Below are positions 1 to 8,973 of a stretch of 64,000 nt of DNA, piece by piece. The DNA is from Candidatus Poribacteria bacterium (GTDB lineage Bacteria > Poribacteria > WGA-4E > PCPOR2b): positions 1,984,001 to 2,048,000 of the forward strand of contig OZ220744.1 in NCBI GenBank assembly GCA_965116925.1, given 5' to 3'. The position numbers and the translations under genes are program-made. How positions within the stretch are numbered: position 1 is the first letter of the stretch; every line of letters starts with the position of its first letter. The notes under the pieces are model-generated. The model was not told the origin of the DNA and ran no database searches. It was given only the letters and a program-made list of their open reading frames with translations.

Positions 1-3
1 TAT

Positions 4-259
4 CTCATTAGGAGTTACGCACTTCAGTAGGGAACGCAGATCTGCGTTCTCTACGGACTCCTTATGGAGCCTCTGCTGTAGTTGCCCGATTCATCGGGCG
101 TTGGAGATAGTGTCTTGCGGCGATAAATCGCCGAACTACAGGTATCTGAGTGTTCAACTGCGTAAGTCCTACTCATGTGAAAAAAAGTACAAAGTACGAA
201 GAGAAACCGAGTTTTTTCGGCAAAACTCGGTTTCTGTTGCACTATTCCTTAGCATGACC
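4..259. mobile_element. MITE family C (ends ggctcatg/catgagcc-like, core AGAAACCGAG-N-CTCGGTTTCT)
   Basis: Matches the copies at 5757, 16073, 28895 and 60833. Left end is interrupted by family B. Confidence 0.65.
9..171. mobile_element. MITE family B (TIR TAGGA[CG]TTACGCA) with REP-like cargo, nested in a family C element
   Basis: taggagttacgca at 9 and tgcgtaagtccta ending 171. 5-bp direct repeat ctcat at 4-8 and 172-176. Internal GTAG hairpins. Confidence 0.8.
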
Positions 260-267
260 ATAGGCTC

Positions 268-1119
268 TTAATGCGCTTGCCAAGATGTCCGCTTTAGGGG
301 ATCATGCACGCTAATTGTCAGCGAAGGACCAAACCCCTCAATCTCCAGACGCAGATTATCACCATCTTGGATCGGTGCCAAGGCATAGTGATGGGTTCCT
401 GTGTTTACGACATTGCCGGGTTCAAGCGTTATAACCTTGGTAACCTCTTCTAACACCTCTGGTATAAAACGCGCCATAGAGTCAGAGGAGAAGTCGTGCC
501 GAAGATCGTCATTAACCCAGAGCTTAATGCCGAGGTCGTTTGGATCGGAGACCTCGTCTGCAGTGACAAGTGCCGGTCCCATCGGAGCGAAGGTATGCCA
601 GCTTTTTCCGAGGAAGAAACCGCCGGGAAGACCACGGGCAGACACATCGATAAACTGCGTATAACCGAAAACATGATCCATCGCTTCAGCTTGGGAGAGG
701 TGGCTCGCTGTTTTACCGATGACTACACCGAGTTCAGGCTCGAAGTGGAAAACAGTCGCATTTGTGTCGGGGAGTTGAACCGTATCGCCCTTTCCGACGA
801 TGCCTGTCGGAGATTTGAGAAAGGCGTTAAAGTCCCCTCGCTCGGGGGCAGCAGGTTCTATATAATTGCCGGCAAGACAGACCAATTGATTCGGTCTAGG
901 CAGCGGAGCTCTGAGACGAACACTATCGAGCCCTGTCCCGGCATTTCCTTCGGCAGCCTGCGCGATCTGGGGTTGTAGGTTGTCCCAATCTTTGATAAGT
1001 GTTTCGATAAGCTCTTGGGGACTGTGATAGGAAATACCTTCCAATGCCGAAGCGACATCAACGATCTGATCGCCGTCAATTACGCCCAGTTGAAAATCAT
1101 TGAAAAATGCAAGTTTCAT
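268..1119 (-). CDS. Fumarylacetoacetate hydrolase family protein
   Basis: FHFEPELGVVIGK, DVSAR, GKSWHTFAPMGP and TLEPGNVVNTGT motifs. Confidence 0.9.
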   Translation of the reverse strand: MKLAFFNDFQLGVIDGDQIVDVASALEGISYHSPQELIETLIKDWDNLQPQIAQAAEGNAGTGLDSVRLRAPLPRPNQLVCLAGNYIEPAAPERGDFNAFLKSPTGIVGKGDTVQLPDTNATVFHFEPELGVVIGKTASHLSQAEAMDHVFGYTQFIDVSARGLPGGFFLGKSWHTFAPMGPALVTADEVSDPNDLGIKLWVNDDLRHDFSSDSMARFIPEVLEEVTKVITLEPGNVVNTGTHHYALAPIQDGDNLRLEIEGFGPSLTISVHDPLKRTSWQAH

Positions 1120-2410
1120 CGAAATCTTCGCTGTGGAACCCCCGTCCCCGATAAATCGGGACTAAAAAGCTTTTAAGGCGGGGAGAAAACAGCGCTCCTT
1201 TTTAGATATAGTTAAAGTTTAATCGTGTGAGGACTTTGAAACTCTCACGTTTCGCAGACTGAGTGAGACGTTTGCCCTCCAACGAGTATAGAGAATAACC
1301 TTTTTTCTCCATATATCCACTAACACGAGTCAAACCGTATTTTACATGCTTGACCAACGTGTTCTTGGCTATGCCATTGCACATTGTACCCCCGTAGCGT
1401 GGGCGTCTGCCACCCTGCTGTGGGTTCTGTCTGTGCAATTGCCGCCGTGCAATGGGTATCGGACTGATATAAAACACACCAGTATTGTCCACTTGGTCTG
1501 TATCGCTTCCGATGACATGGTATGCCAAACACCATGAATCTACACAATGGGCGTTGAAGTCGTTCGACATCTTGTTGCCAGACTTCTTGAGTCCGAGCGA
1601 ATCACGAATTGCTTTTGTTTCAAAGCCTTTGAGTGTGGACAATATCCAGCGTTTCTGGATTTCAGCGTAGAACCATTGCTTCCCCACCTCAAGGAGGCTA
1701 AAAGACTCGTTCCAGTGACGGGCACCCTTCTGTGTCTGCGCCTTGATATCCTCAACACAGACATGCGTTATCGGAAACATCGTGGACAGGTAGTTGAGGA
1801 TTCGGAGTTTCCAATCCCACCGTGTCCGTGTGCCGGCCGGTATCCGTTGTTTATTCGCCATGCGGTTGGTGCGGTGCTTCCGATTCGGACACTTCCGTGA
1901 CCGTCTACTCCGCCTCAATTGACGACGGGTTTCAACTTTTTGGCTAACCTTATTATGAGCGTCGGTTTGTACATTCAGATATGTCGATTTCTCTGACTTG
2001 ACAGTGAACCCTTCTTTCTTACTACCGGGGTCAATCCCAATCGCTATATCTTGTGTCTGGGTTCCAGAGGGTTCCACATTCAACCGCACGCAGAATACGC
2101 CATTCCGAAAAAACGGTGTGGCTTTACCGGACTTCACCCACTTCCTTGCCCTTGCGGGTGTGGTCGGCATTAGTGGGTTACGCTTTTTGTCAACGACAGG
2201 AACAAACATTGTAAATCACTCCTGCGGGTGTATGTATTACCCCATCGACATCACGGCATCAGAGTGGATTCAGGCTTGGGGAGCACCCGAACCATCAGTT
2301 AGGCTGCCACGCCTTAGACCCGCGATATAATCGTCTAGTCAACGGTTTAACTTGCAAGTGCCCGTTGGCACGGGATTGCAAGCCTCGCCCTTCAGGACGG
2401 GGTTATTGAC
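1120..2410 (-). mobile_element. Non-autonomous IS200/IS605-superfamily IsrB element
   Basis: omegaRNA-type end GTCAATAACCCC...GGGCGAGGCTTG at 2410, isrB ORF, and a subterminal GC hairpin at about 1139-1184. No tnpA and no TSD. Removing it restores RBS-ATG spacing of the FAH gene. Confidence 0.85.
1202..2209 (-). CDS. isrB: IsrB RNA-guided nickase (PLMP + split RuvC, no HNH)
   Basis: N-terminal PLMP, RuvC-I GIDPG, Arg-rich bridge helix RRQLRRSRR, RuvC-II VED, RuvC-III HCVD. 335 aa with no CxxC/HNH. Confidence 0.88.
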   Translation of the reverse strand: MFVPVVDKKRNPLMPTTPARARKWVKSGKATPFFRNGVFCVRLNVEPSGTQTQDIAIGIDPGSKKEGFTVKSEKSTYLNVQTDAHNKVSQKVETRRQLRRSRRSRKCPNRKHRTNRMANKQRIPAGTRTRWDWKLRILNYLSTMFPITHVCVEDIKAQTQKGARHWNESFSLLEVGKQWFYAEIQKRWILSTLKGFETKAIRDSLGLKKSGNKMSNDFNAHCVDSWCLAYHVIGSDTDQVDNTGVFYISPIPIARRQLHRQNPQQGGRRPRYGGTMCNGIAKNTLVKHVKYGLTRVSGYMEKKGYSLYSLEGKRLTQSAKRESFKVLTRLNFNYI

Positions 2411-2430
2411 CTGATATTTTTCCTTTCGAT
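2215..2430 (-). ncRNA. omegaRNA (HEARO-like): scaffold about 2410-2215, 5' guide from flank about 2411-2430
   Basis: Minus strand GTCAATAACCCCGTCCTGAAGGGCGAGGCTTG...GTTGACTAG...CTCCCCAAGC...TGTCGATGGG immediately upstream of isrB. Ends are approximate. Confidence 0.8.
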
Positions 2431-2463
2431 CTTTGATGATAATAGAATTAAAGGTTCAAGGGG

Positions 2464-3246
2464 CTACTGAGCCCGTGCACACCGAAAACCGTAGTTGCCA
2501 TACGTGTTCGAGGGTAAAGCCCAGTTGCGAAGGGCAACGCGCATCAGTCTCGGACCATAGTTCCACGAGCCACCGCGCAACACGCGAGCTGTTGTCGCAC
2601 TTGTAAAAGAATCTGTAATACTGGTTATAGTGCCGCCCGCAATTGGGTTGGCACGGGGGGAACGCACGTAGAAATCCTCTTGATATTCGTCTAAGCACCA
2701 TTCCCACACATTGCCCGCCATGTCATACAGACCGTACCCGTTAGGCGGATACTTACTCACGGGTGTCGTATTACCAACATTTCTCCCGTAGTTCGCCTTA
2801 CCGCTATCAACGCCCCCCTCCCACGGATACACTTCACCCGACAAACCACCCCGCGCCGTATACTCCCACTCTGCCTCCGTTGGCAGTCGCTTCCCTGCCC
2901 ACTGGGCACAAGCCATCGCTGCATACCAACTCACGTACATAACCGGGTGGTTCGCTTTCCCGCTGGGATAGTTATTCCCATTCCAGTGTCTCAAGTACCC
3001 TCCATCGTAGAACCGTCTATCAATACGATCTTTTTGCCACTGCGGGTTGGCATCAACGAACTCCTTATATTGTGCATTGGTCACCTCATATTTGTCCATA
3101 TAGAACCCATCAATATAGACCGTGTGCAGCAACTGTTCATCGTTATCTCCCTCTAGATCGTTGCTCCCCATCTGAAATTCACCGTCGGGGATCAGCACCA
3201 TCCCTTCAGGAGGCAGCTCTTTGGTCTCCGGTAAATTGGCTTTCAC
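2464..3246 (-). CDS. Formylglycine-generating enzyme (SUMF1/FGE-sulfatase) domain protein
   Basis: FQMGS, YEVTNAQY, RLPTEAEWEY, GLYDMAGNVWEW, RVLRGGSW and GFRCA motifs. Confidence 0.9.
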   Translation of the reverse strand: MKANLPETKELPPEGMVLIPDGEFQMGSNDLEGDNDEQLLHTVYIDGFYMDKYEVTNAQYKEFVDANPQWQKDRIDRRFYDGGYLRHWNGNNYPSGKANHPVMYVSWYAAMACAQWAGKRLPTEAEWEYTARGGLSGEVYPWEGGVDSGKANYGRNVGNTTPVSKYPPNGYGLYDMAGNVWEWCLDEYQEDFYVRSPRANPIAGGTITSITDSFTSATTARVLRGGSWNYGPRLMRVALRNWALPSNTYGNYGFRCARAQ

Positions 3247-3298
3247 AAAGAAAATTCCTCAACTAAAAATTTTTAGCCGAACTACAAACTACCCGATG

Positions 3299-4414
3299 CT
3301 ACATACAGAACATTTCAATCATCTGTCCATACACACCGACAGCTTCTGAAAGTTGTGCGATGTCGATCCATTCTCCGACGGTATGGGCTTGGACGATATC
3401 GCCGGGACCGAGAATAACGAGTTGCAAATGATGCTTGAAAGCGTGTGCATCTGTGCCGAATGGTACTGTCCCAGCTTTCGTCGTACCGGTAGCTTTCAGC
3501 CCCGCTTGGACAATCTCCGCATCGGGCGAGACGTAGAACGGTGTGCCCTTTTGCGAGGTGGCTTCAAGATCGTACTTCTCGGCGATTTCCGTTATCATTG
3601 CGATCACATCGTCGCTACGGTCATTTGGCATCGGTCTAAAACTGAGCGTACAGGTTGTTTTCGCTGCGGCGACGTTGGGTCGGCAGCCACCGTCATCAAG
3701 CACCATATTGAATCCATTTGTCGGTGGGTTGAACTCTTTATTCATGAAAGACTCGTCCGTTTTGAACAGTTTTGCCAATTCCGCCATCTCGGCGAGGAAA
3801 GGTGCAATTAGGAAGTTTGCCGAAACCCCTTTGTCTGTGCTTGTATGTGCCGCTCTGCCTTTCGCTGTTACGAAAACCCGTCCGCCGCCCTTGTGTGCGT
3901 AGACAGGGGTCAACCGTGTTGGCTCGGCGATGACACCATGTTTAGGGCGTTCCGCTTTGAAGAATTCCGATTCTTCTGCAACTTGGCGCGCGCCCCTGCC
4001 GCTAATCTCTTCGTCCGCCGTCACGACAATAAAGAGTGGTTTCTTCAAATCGGCGGCATTGACATTTGCGCCCGCAGCAATTGTCGCAGCTAGCGGCCCT
4101 TTCATATCGCAGCTGCCGCGACCAAAAAGACGGCCATCTTGAATCACTGGGTCGAATGGGTCCCACTCTCCCTCCAAGCCGGGAACGGTATCGGAGTGGG
4201 AAAAGAGTCCGAAACCATTGGAACCCTTTCCCTTCTTACCTACCAGACTCACCTTTTGCTCACCATTGTCATCGACGTATTCTAGACGCTCCACCTCAAA
4301 CTCACAGTCCTTTAGCGTATCTTCAAGGAGATCCGAGACCTCCTTATTGCTCCGTTGGCTGACGGAGTTAATCGCTACAATATCCCTAGTCAGTTGAACG
4401 ACATCAAGTCCCAT
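3299..4414 (-). CDS. M20 family metallohydrolase (ArgE/DapE-like)
   Basis: HSDTVP, GRGSCDMKG, DEE, EPT and QAHT motifs. Start at 4414 chosen from the GGAG RBS. Confidence 0.88.
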   Translation of the reverse strand: MGLDVVQLTRDIVAINSVSQRSNKEVSDLLEDTLKDCEFEVERLEYVDDNGEQKVSLVGKKGKGSNGFGLFSHSDTVPGLEGEWDPFDPVIQDGRLFGRGSCDMKGPLAATIAAGANVNAADLKKPLFIVVTADEEISGRGARQVAEESEFFKAERPKHGVIAEPTRLTPVYAHKGGGRVFVTAKGRAAHTSTDKGVSANFLIAPFLAEMAELAKLFKTDESFMNKEFNPPTNGFNMVLDDGGCRPNVAAAKTTCTLSFRPMPNDRSDDVIAMITEIAEKYDLEATSQKGTPFYVSPDAEIVQAGLKATGTTKAGTVPFGTDAHAFKHHLQLVILGPGDIVQAHTVGEWIDIAQLSEAVGVYGQMIEMFCM

Positions 4415-4650
4415 CAAAAATGAACTCCTATACAAAATTTGACTCATTCTAAAAAATAAACGATCACTTGTCGTGTAGTCAGAACGAGTAACATGCTTTG
4501 CGAAATTTACTTTTTGAGAATAGATACGGCGATCCCAATAGGTTGCAAAGGTTGGATTAGATTCTCATCGCCCCGCACTTTCTCAAAACCGTGTTATGCT
4601 ACCATATATTTAACAAGGGATCTATAAAAAAACAGTCTCTTAGGGCTATT

Positions 4651-4758
4651 TATAGTGGACATTAGAATTAATGAGACACTCCAAATCGGCGCAGTTGAAA
4701 ACAGCGCCTACCAAATATGGAGAGCGAAGGTGTTCATTTATTTTTTGAATTCACTATA
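4651..4758. mobile_element. MITE family A (about 107 bp, TATAGT...ACTATA ends, internal GGTAGG REP hairpin)
   Basis: Reverse-orientation copy of the elements at 41097, 52554 and 59847. Confidence 0.75.
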
Positions 4759-4959
4759 GTTTTCCATTTTTTGAGCGATTTCGGGGTGACACGAATCCGC
4801 AGGCGGCGCAGCCGGCCTCCCCACCGTTTGTAGTAGCGCGTTCATTGCGCGTTCTTCCGCCAACTGTCGATAGCATCTTTTATCCGTGTAATCCATTAAT
4901 CCGTGATTCAGACAATAATATGGGAGAATTAAATGACCCTAATAGTCTCTTGATTTTCG

Positions 4960-4988
4960 TTGACTTTTCATTAAAATACAGGTAAAAT
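4960..4988 (+). promoter_or_regulatory. Putative sigma70 promoter of the lipoprotein genes
   Basis: TTGACT-17 bp-TAAAAT. Confidence 0.55.
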
Positions 4989-5106
4989 GGCTGATGTCGC
5001 ATATCCCCGGACTTGGCTTGTTTACAGAATTTCTTTGGGGATAGGACAATTTTCGGGACCATAACGCACTGTTTGCTAACAACATGACCGCAGGAGGGAA
5101 AGAATA

Positions 5107-5715
5107 ATGAAATGGAAGTTTAGAACTTACCTAATCTGTGTGCTATTTGTCGTGGGTTTCATTGCTTGCGGCGGAGATTCGGAGGATGATGCAGATAAGC
5201 AGCCCGCAAAGCCCGCAACATCGAGCGGTAGCGGTGAAGTTATACAAATTACAGTTGATTTTGCAGCTGAGGAGGAAGCACTGCGAGAAGTTTTCACCCT
5301 ACACGCCGAAGCCATCGGAACGAAGGATCCCGACGAGTTTATGCCGTATTGGTTGAAAAGCGAAAGCGAAGATGTGTTTGTCGCTTGGGATTTTTGGGCA
5401 GGCGCTTTTGAGAAACACCTCGGCTGGCAAGCGATCAAAAAGGGGTGGGAAGGTATTTTTCGCCTGCGCAGCGGCACCATGTCCGTTGAATTTGAAAGCA
5501 TTGCAATCGATAAAATCGCCAAGAACGCCACGTTATACGGCCGCTATCAATGGGCGGTCAGCGGCGGGTTCATCGCATCCATGGTAAAGAAGGACCGCGA
5601 AGACGGGTGGAAAATTCAGCAAGTTGATTACACTAATAAAAAGTTTGGAAACCAAGTTGATGAACTTGAGGATCCTGCGTATGTCAATCCTCCACCCGAA
5701 GATGAACAGGAGTGA
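5107..5715 (+). CDS. Putative lipoprotein, NTF2/SnoaL-like domain (paralog 1)
   Basis: Signal peptide with FIAC lipobox, low-complexity linker, ...DGWKIQQ C-terminal strand. Confidence 0.7.
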   Translation: MKWKFRTYLICVLFVVGFIACGGDSEDDADKQPAKPATSSGSGEVIQITVDFAAEEEALREVFTLHAEAIGTKDPDEFMPYWLKSESEDVFVAWDFWAGAFEKHLGWQAIKKGWEGIFRLRSGTMSVEFESIAIDKIAKNATLYGRYQWAVSGGFIASMVKKDREDGWKIQQVDYTNKKFGNQVDELEDPAYVNPPPEDEQE

Positions 5716-5756
5716 ACAAGGGTTACATTACCTATGGAAGGACAGTCTGCTAACAA

Positions 5757-5985
5757 GGCTCATGTAAAAAGCAAAGTCCAAAGAAACCGAGTTTTTTCTT
5801 GAAAACTCGTAGGAGTTACGCACTTGAGTTTGTAGTAGCGCAATTCATTGCGCGTTCTTCCCTCCCCCTGCTTGTGAGGGGATAGAGGGGGGACGGGCGA
5901 TAAATCGCCGAACTACAAGGCTTTGACCATTCAACTGCGTAAGTCCTAAACTCGTTTTTTTTTGCACTAAATCTTAACATGAGTG
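5757..5985. mobile_element. MITE family C containing a nested family B element (5810-5948)
   Basis: ggctcatg...catgag ends flanked by a (tg)ctaacaa repeat. Inner B is flanked by an aactcg repeat. Confidence 0.8.
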
Positions 5986-6016
5986 CTAACAACATGACCG
6001 CAGGAAGGAGAAAACA

Positions 6017-6625
6017 ATGACACGGAACTTTAGAACTTACTTAACCTGTGCGCTATTTATCGTGGGTTTCATTGCTTGCGGCGGGGATTCTGAAGATGAC
6101 GCAGATAGGCAGCCCACACAGCCGTCCACCCAGCCCTCGACATCGGGCGGTGGTGAAGCGATACAGATTACGGTTGATTATCCAGCTGAAGAAGCCGCAA
6201 TCAGCGAAGTCCTTACCTTGCATGGCGAAGCCATCGAAACGGAAGACTCGAATGCATTTATGGCTCACTGGTTGCGAAGTGAAAGCCAAGATGTCTTTGT
6301 CACTTGGGTCTTTTGGGCAGGAAAGTTGGAGACACACCGCGGTTGGCAAGAGATCAAGAAGGGGTGGGAAGGTATTTTTAATATACGCCGCGGCAAAATG
6401 ACCGTCGAAATTGAAAGGGTCGCAATCAATAAAACCGGGAGAAAAGCGAGTGTGCGCGGCAGCTATCGATGGGCGGTCAACGGTAGGCTAATCGCATTAA
6501 TGGTAAAAGACCGCGAAGAGGGGTGGAAAATTAAACAGATGGATTTCACGGGCGAAAAGTTTGGTAAACAGGTTGAAGAACTCGAAAATCCCGCCTATGT
6601 GAATCCTCCGCCCGAAGATGAATAG
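6017..6625 (+). CDS. Putative lipoprotein, NTF2/SnoaL-like domain (paralog 2)
   Basis: Clear paralog of 5107-5715 with the same lipobox and PAYVNPPPEDE end. Confidence 0.7.
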   Translation: MTRNFRTYLTCALFIVGFIACGGDSEDDADRQPTQPSTQPSTSGGGEAIQITVDYPAEEAAISEVLTLHGEAIETEDSNAFMAHWLRSESQDVFVTWVFWAGKLETHRGWQEIKKGWEGIFNIRRGKMTVEIERVAINKTGRKASVRGSYRWAVNGRLIALMVKDREEGWKIKQMDFTGEKFGKQVEELENPAYVNPPPEDE

Positions 6626-6644
6626 AAGTACGTCCCAACTGCGT

Positions 6645-6754
6645 TAGGGAACAACGATCGTTGTTCCCTACGGGCTCCTTGATAGTGCGTCTACTGTAGT
6701 TACCCGCTTATCCCGATAAATCGGTACAGACGGGATTAAGAAGCGGGTAACTTT
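6645..6754. repeat. REP-like hairpin cluster between convergent genes
   Basis: tagggaacaacgatcgttgttccctac palindrome plus gttacccgctt...aagcgggtaac. Resembles the family B cargo at 22788. Confidence 0.6.
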
Positions 6755-6804
6755 ATCGAACATAAAACGTAGACTACGCTCAGATCCAGTGCTGTGTTAG
6801 GCGA

Positions 6805-7395
6805 TCAGCCGATAATGAGATGAAATCCGATGCCAGCGATACCCGCGCCTGCATACCGCAGCAACTGTCCCCCATCCTTGATTCTTTCCGTGATAATCCC
6901 AATGAAAACACCCGCAACATGAATGCCGGCGGTTCCCAGCACAAATCCGCAGGCGTAAAACAGGGGCTTAGACAAAGACGGCATCTCAGTTCCATGTGCA
7001 TGACCATGAAATATGGCGAAGAACCCCACAAACACCATCGCTAGTAATGATGAAAGTTTTTTTTCTAAGGCAATTGCAACGCCCAAAGCCAACACAGACA
7101 AAGCTATCCCCACTTCAACTGAAAATAGGGGTATGCCGTTTATTCCAAGAATTCCACCGACGAGCATAACAAGCACAAAAGTCAATGGCACTCTCCATAT
7201 AGCTTGTCCTCCCATTTGCGCGCTCAGAATCCCTACACCTAACATTGCTAGAAGATGATCAAATCCAAGCACCGGATGCGTCAGTCCTGCCATGAACCCT
7301 CCACCGGCCCCTTCATGTGCGTAAGACATACTCGGCAAAAACAATACAGCTCCCAGTATCAACAGAACGACTTTGCTCATAAGCTTTGCCCTCAT
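6805..7395 (-). CDS. HupE/UreJ family Ni/Co permease
   Basis: Signal peptide ending AH, HPVLGFDHLLAM, FHGHAHGTE and TAGIH motifs. Confidence 0.92.
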   Translation of the reverse strand: MRAKLMSKVVLLILGAVLFLPSMSYAHEGAGGGFMAGLTHPVLGFDHLLAMLGVGILSAQMGGQAIWRVPLTFVLVMLVGGILGINGIPLFSVEVGIALSVLALGVAIALEKKLSSLLAMVFVGFFAIFHGHAHGTEMPSLSKPLFYACGFVLGTAGIHVAGVFIGIITERIKDGGQLLRYAGAGIAGIGFHLIIG

Positions 7396-7496
7396 AATTA
7401 CTACATTGATGTAATCGTTGGTACAGGTTTCCTAACCTGTACGTAATAGGGATACCTGATTACAATCCTCATGTCTATTCGTGAACGATTCTAACT

Positions 7497-7525
7497 ATTA
7501 TATCGCCAGTGAGTGAAATGGTCAA
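7497..7525 (-). promoter_or_regulatory. Putative sigma70 promoter of hupE/ureJ
   Basis: Minus strand TTGACC-17 bp-TATAAT. Confidence 0.6.
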
Positions 7526-7621
7526 ATTTTTTGTCAATTCCGTCCCATTGTTCCGACGTTTAGGGAACAGTTACTTTGTCCTTATCTCTATACGCTCGTG
7601 TTTCTAATGTGGCACTTATTG

Positions 7622-8503
7622 CTACTGGGTGGGTGTAAGTGCGGGGAGGGAATCCGGTGTAATTTCATCACCTTCGCAGAGCACGACCGCCCTTGATATT
7701 ACGCCGTACAATTCTCGGACGTTTTCTGGCCAATCATATTTGCAAAGCAGATCCATAACTGCATCAGATACCTTGGGCGGTTTCTTGCCGTCTAATTCTG
7801 CCTGCTGCTCAACAAAATGCTGTACTAGCGCAGGAAGATCCTCAAGCCGTTCTCGGAGCGGTGGAGATTGTACCACACAGATACTCAGACGATAATATAG
7901 ATCTGATCTAAACTTCTTCTGATCAACAAACCGCTTGAGGTCGCCATGGGTTGTGCCGATAATACGAACATTGGCATAAATCGGTTTTGTCCCGCCGACA
8001 CGATTAAAATAACCGTTTACCAGAAAATCGTGCAACCGATTTTGGGTTTCGAGCGGAAGTGCATCAATCTCATCAAGGCATACCGTGCCGTCATTCGCTA
8101 TTTCGAGCATCCCTTTTTTCTGATTAACCGCTCCTGTGAAAGCCCCTTGCTCGTGGCCAAATATTTCACTATTGATAAGCAGCGTACGCGTGGAGGGCAT
8201 GTGAAAAGGGACAAAGGGACCGCTTGCATACTTGCTATTATAGTGGATTATTCGGGCGATAAGTTCTTTTCCCGTTCCCGTTTCTCCTTGGATTAGGACG
8301 GGCGATTGTGTTCCAGCAATCTTATGTAGGTTGGTGCGAAACTGTTGCGTCCACTTGCTTGTGCCGACTAACTCAACTTTGGGAATTGATGGCTCTGTTG
8401 ACCGCTGTGGTGTTTCCATCGCGCTCAAAAGCTCTTCAGCTTCATCAACAGTGATTCTGTGATCGTGAAGCAGAGTAAGTACCTTCCGTTGTGCTGCATA
8501 CAT
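7622..8503 (-). CDS. Sigma54-interacting AAA+ activator with N-terminal SHOCT-like helix and no C-terminal HTH
   Basis: GETGTGKE, GAFTGA, LDEI, FRSDLYYRL and WPENVREL motifs. The protein ends shortly after the AAA domain. Confidence 0.88.
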   Translation of the reverse strand: MYAAQRKVLTLLHDHRITVDEAEELLSAMETPQRSTEPSIPKVELVGTSKWTQQFRTNLHKIAGTQSPVLIQGETGTGKELIARIIHYNSKYASGPFVPFHMPSTRTLLINSEIFGHEQGAFTGAVNQKKGMLEIANDGTVCLDEIDALPLETQNRLHDFLVNGYFNRVGGTKPIYANVRIIGTTHGDLKRFVDQKKFRSDLYYRLSICVVQSPPLRERLEDLPALVQHFVEQQAELDGKKPPKVSDAVMDLLCKYDWPENVRELYGVISRAVVLCEGDEITPDSLPALTPTQ

Positions 8504-8545
8504 GATTGTACCTCCTAATTTTTTTCAGATATTATTTCCTCAATC

Positions 8546-8929
8546 CTATTCGGATGTATGAAATGAGTCGCTCAGTGTTTGCATGGCTGCGATGCCTTCC
8601 TGTGGAGACATCTCGCCATGCTCGATTGCCTCAAGGATTTCAAGCTGTTCCTGCCGCTTAGCGTGAGGGGCGTACCCCAGCGCGTCAATGACCTCATCCA
8701 GCTTTTTTCGCACCGTTGGGTATGAGATTCCCAATTCTTTTTCCACCTCCTTGATGTTCCCCCTCGCAACGAGGAACGCTTCAACGAATTGCTGCTGATC
8801 TGATGGCAGCAGGCCAAGTTTGGAGATTGGGAAACGCCCTTCCATCCCCATTTCGCAGGAAGTGCATTTCAGTTTGACAGGTTCGAGTCGTCCGTCGCAG
8901 ATCGGACAGTTGCTGATTGGTTTCCGCAT
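8546..8929 (-). CDS. DUF2089 family protein (zinc ribbon + HTH + SHOCT-like tail)
   Basis: CPIC...CTSC, RGNIKEVEKELGISYPTVRKKLD, ILEAIEHGEMSPQEG. GAGGAG RBS. Confidence 0.88.
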   Translation of the reverse strand: MRKPISNCPICDGRLEPVKLKCTSCEMGMEGRFPISKLGLLPSDQQQFVEAFLVARGNIKEVEKELGISYPTVRKKLDEVIDALGYAPHAKRQEQLEILEAIEHGEMSPQEGIAAMQTLSDSFHTSE

Positions 8930-8973
8930 AAAAACTCCTCTTAGCAAAAAGGATTTAGATGTTACTATCGTAT

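Noticed and set aside
51..242. Short ORFs and N-terminal extensions overlapping MITEs (also 14326, 16026-16145, 42789)
   Set aside because: They are translations of repeat sequence (KKPSF..KTRFL pattern), not genes.
1202..2209. Cas9, IscB or TnpB assignment
   Set aside because: No HNH or zinc finger and no CRISPR array. PLMP plus 335 aa fits IsrB.
7396..7500. Cobalamin or NiCo riboswitch upstream of hupE/ureJ
   Set aside because: No recognisable B12 box. Only a short palindrome (7421-7442) lies in a leader of about 95 nt.
7610..7624. Sigma54 promoter TGGCAC...TGC next to the activator gene
   Set aside because: GG-to-GC spacing is 8, not 10, and it points antisense into the gene end.
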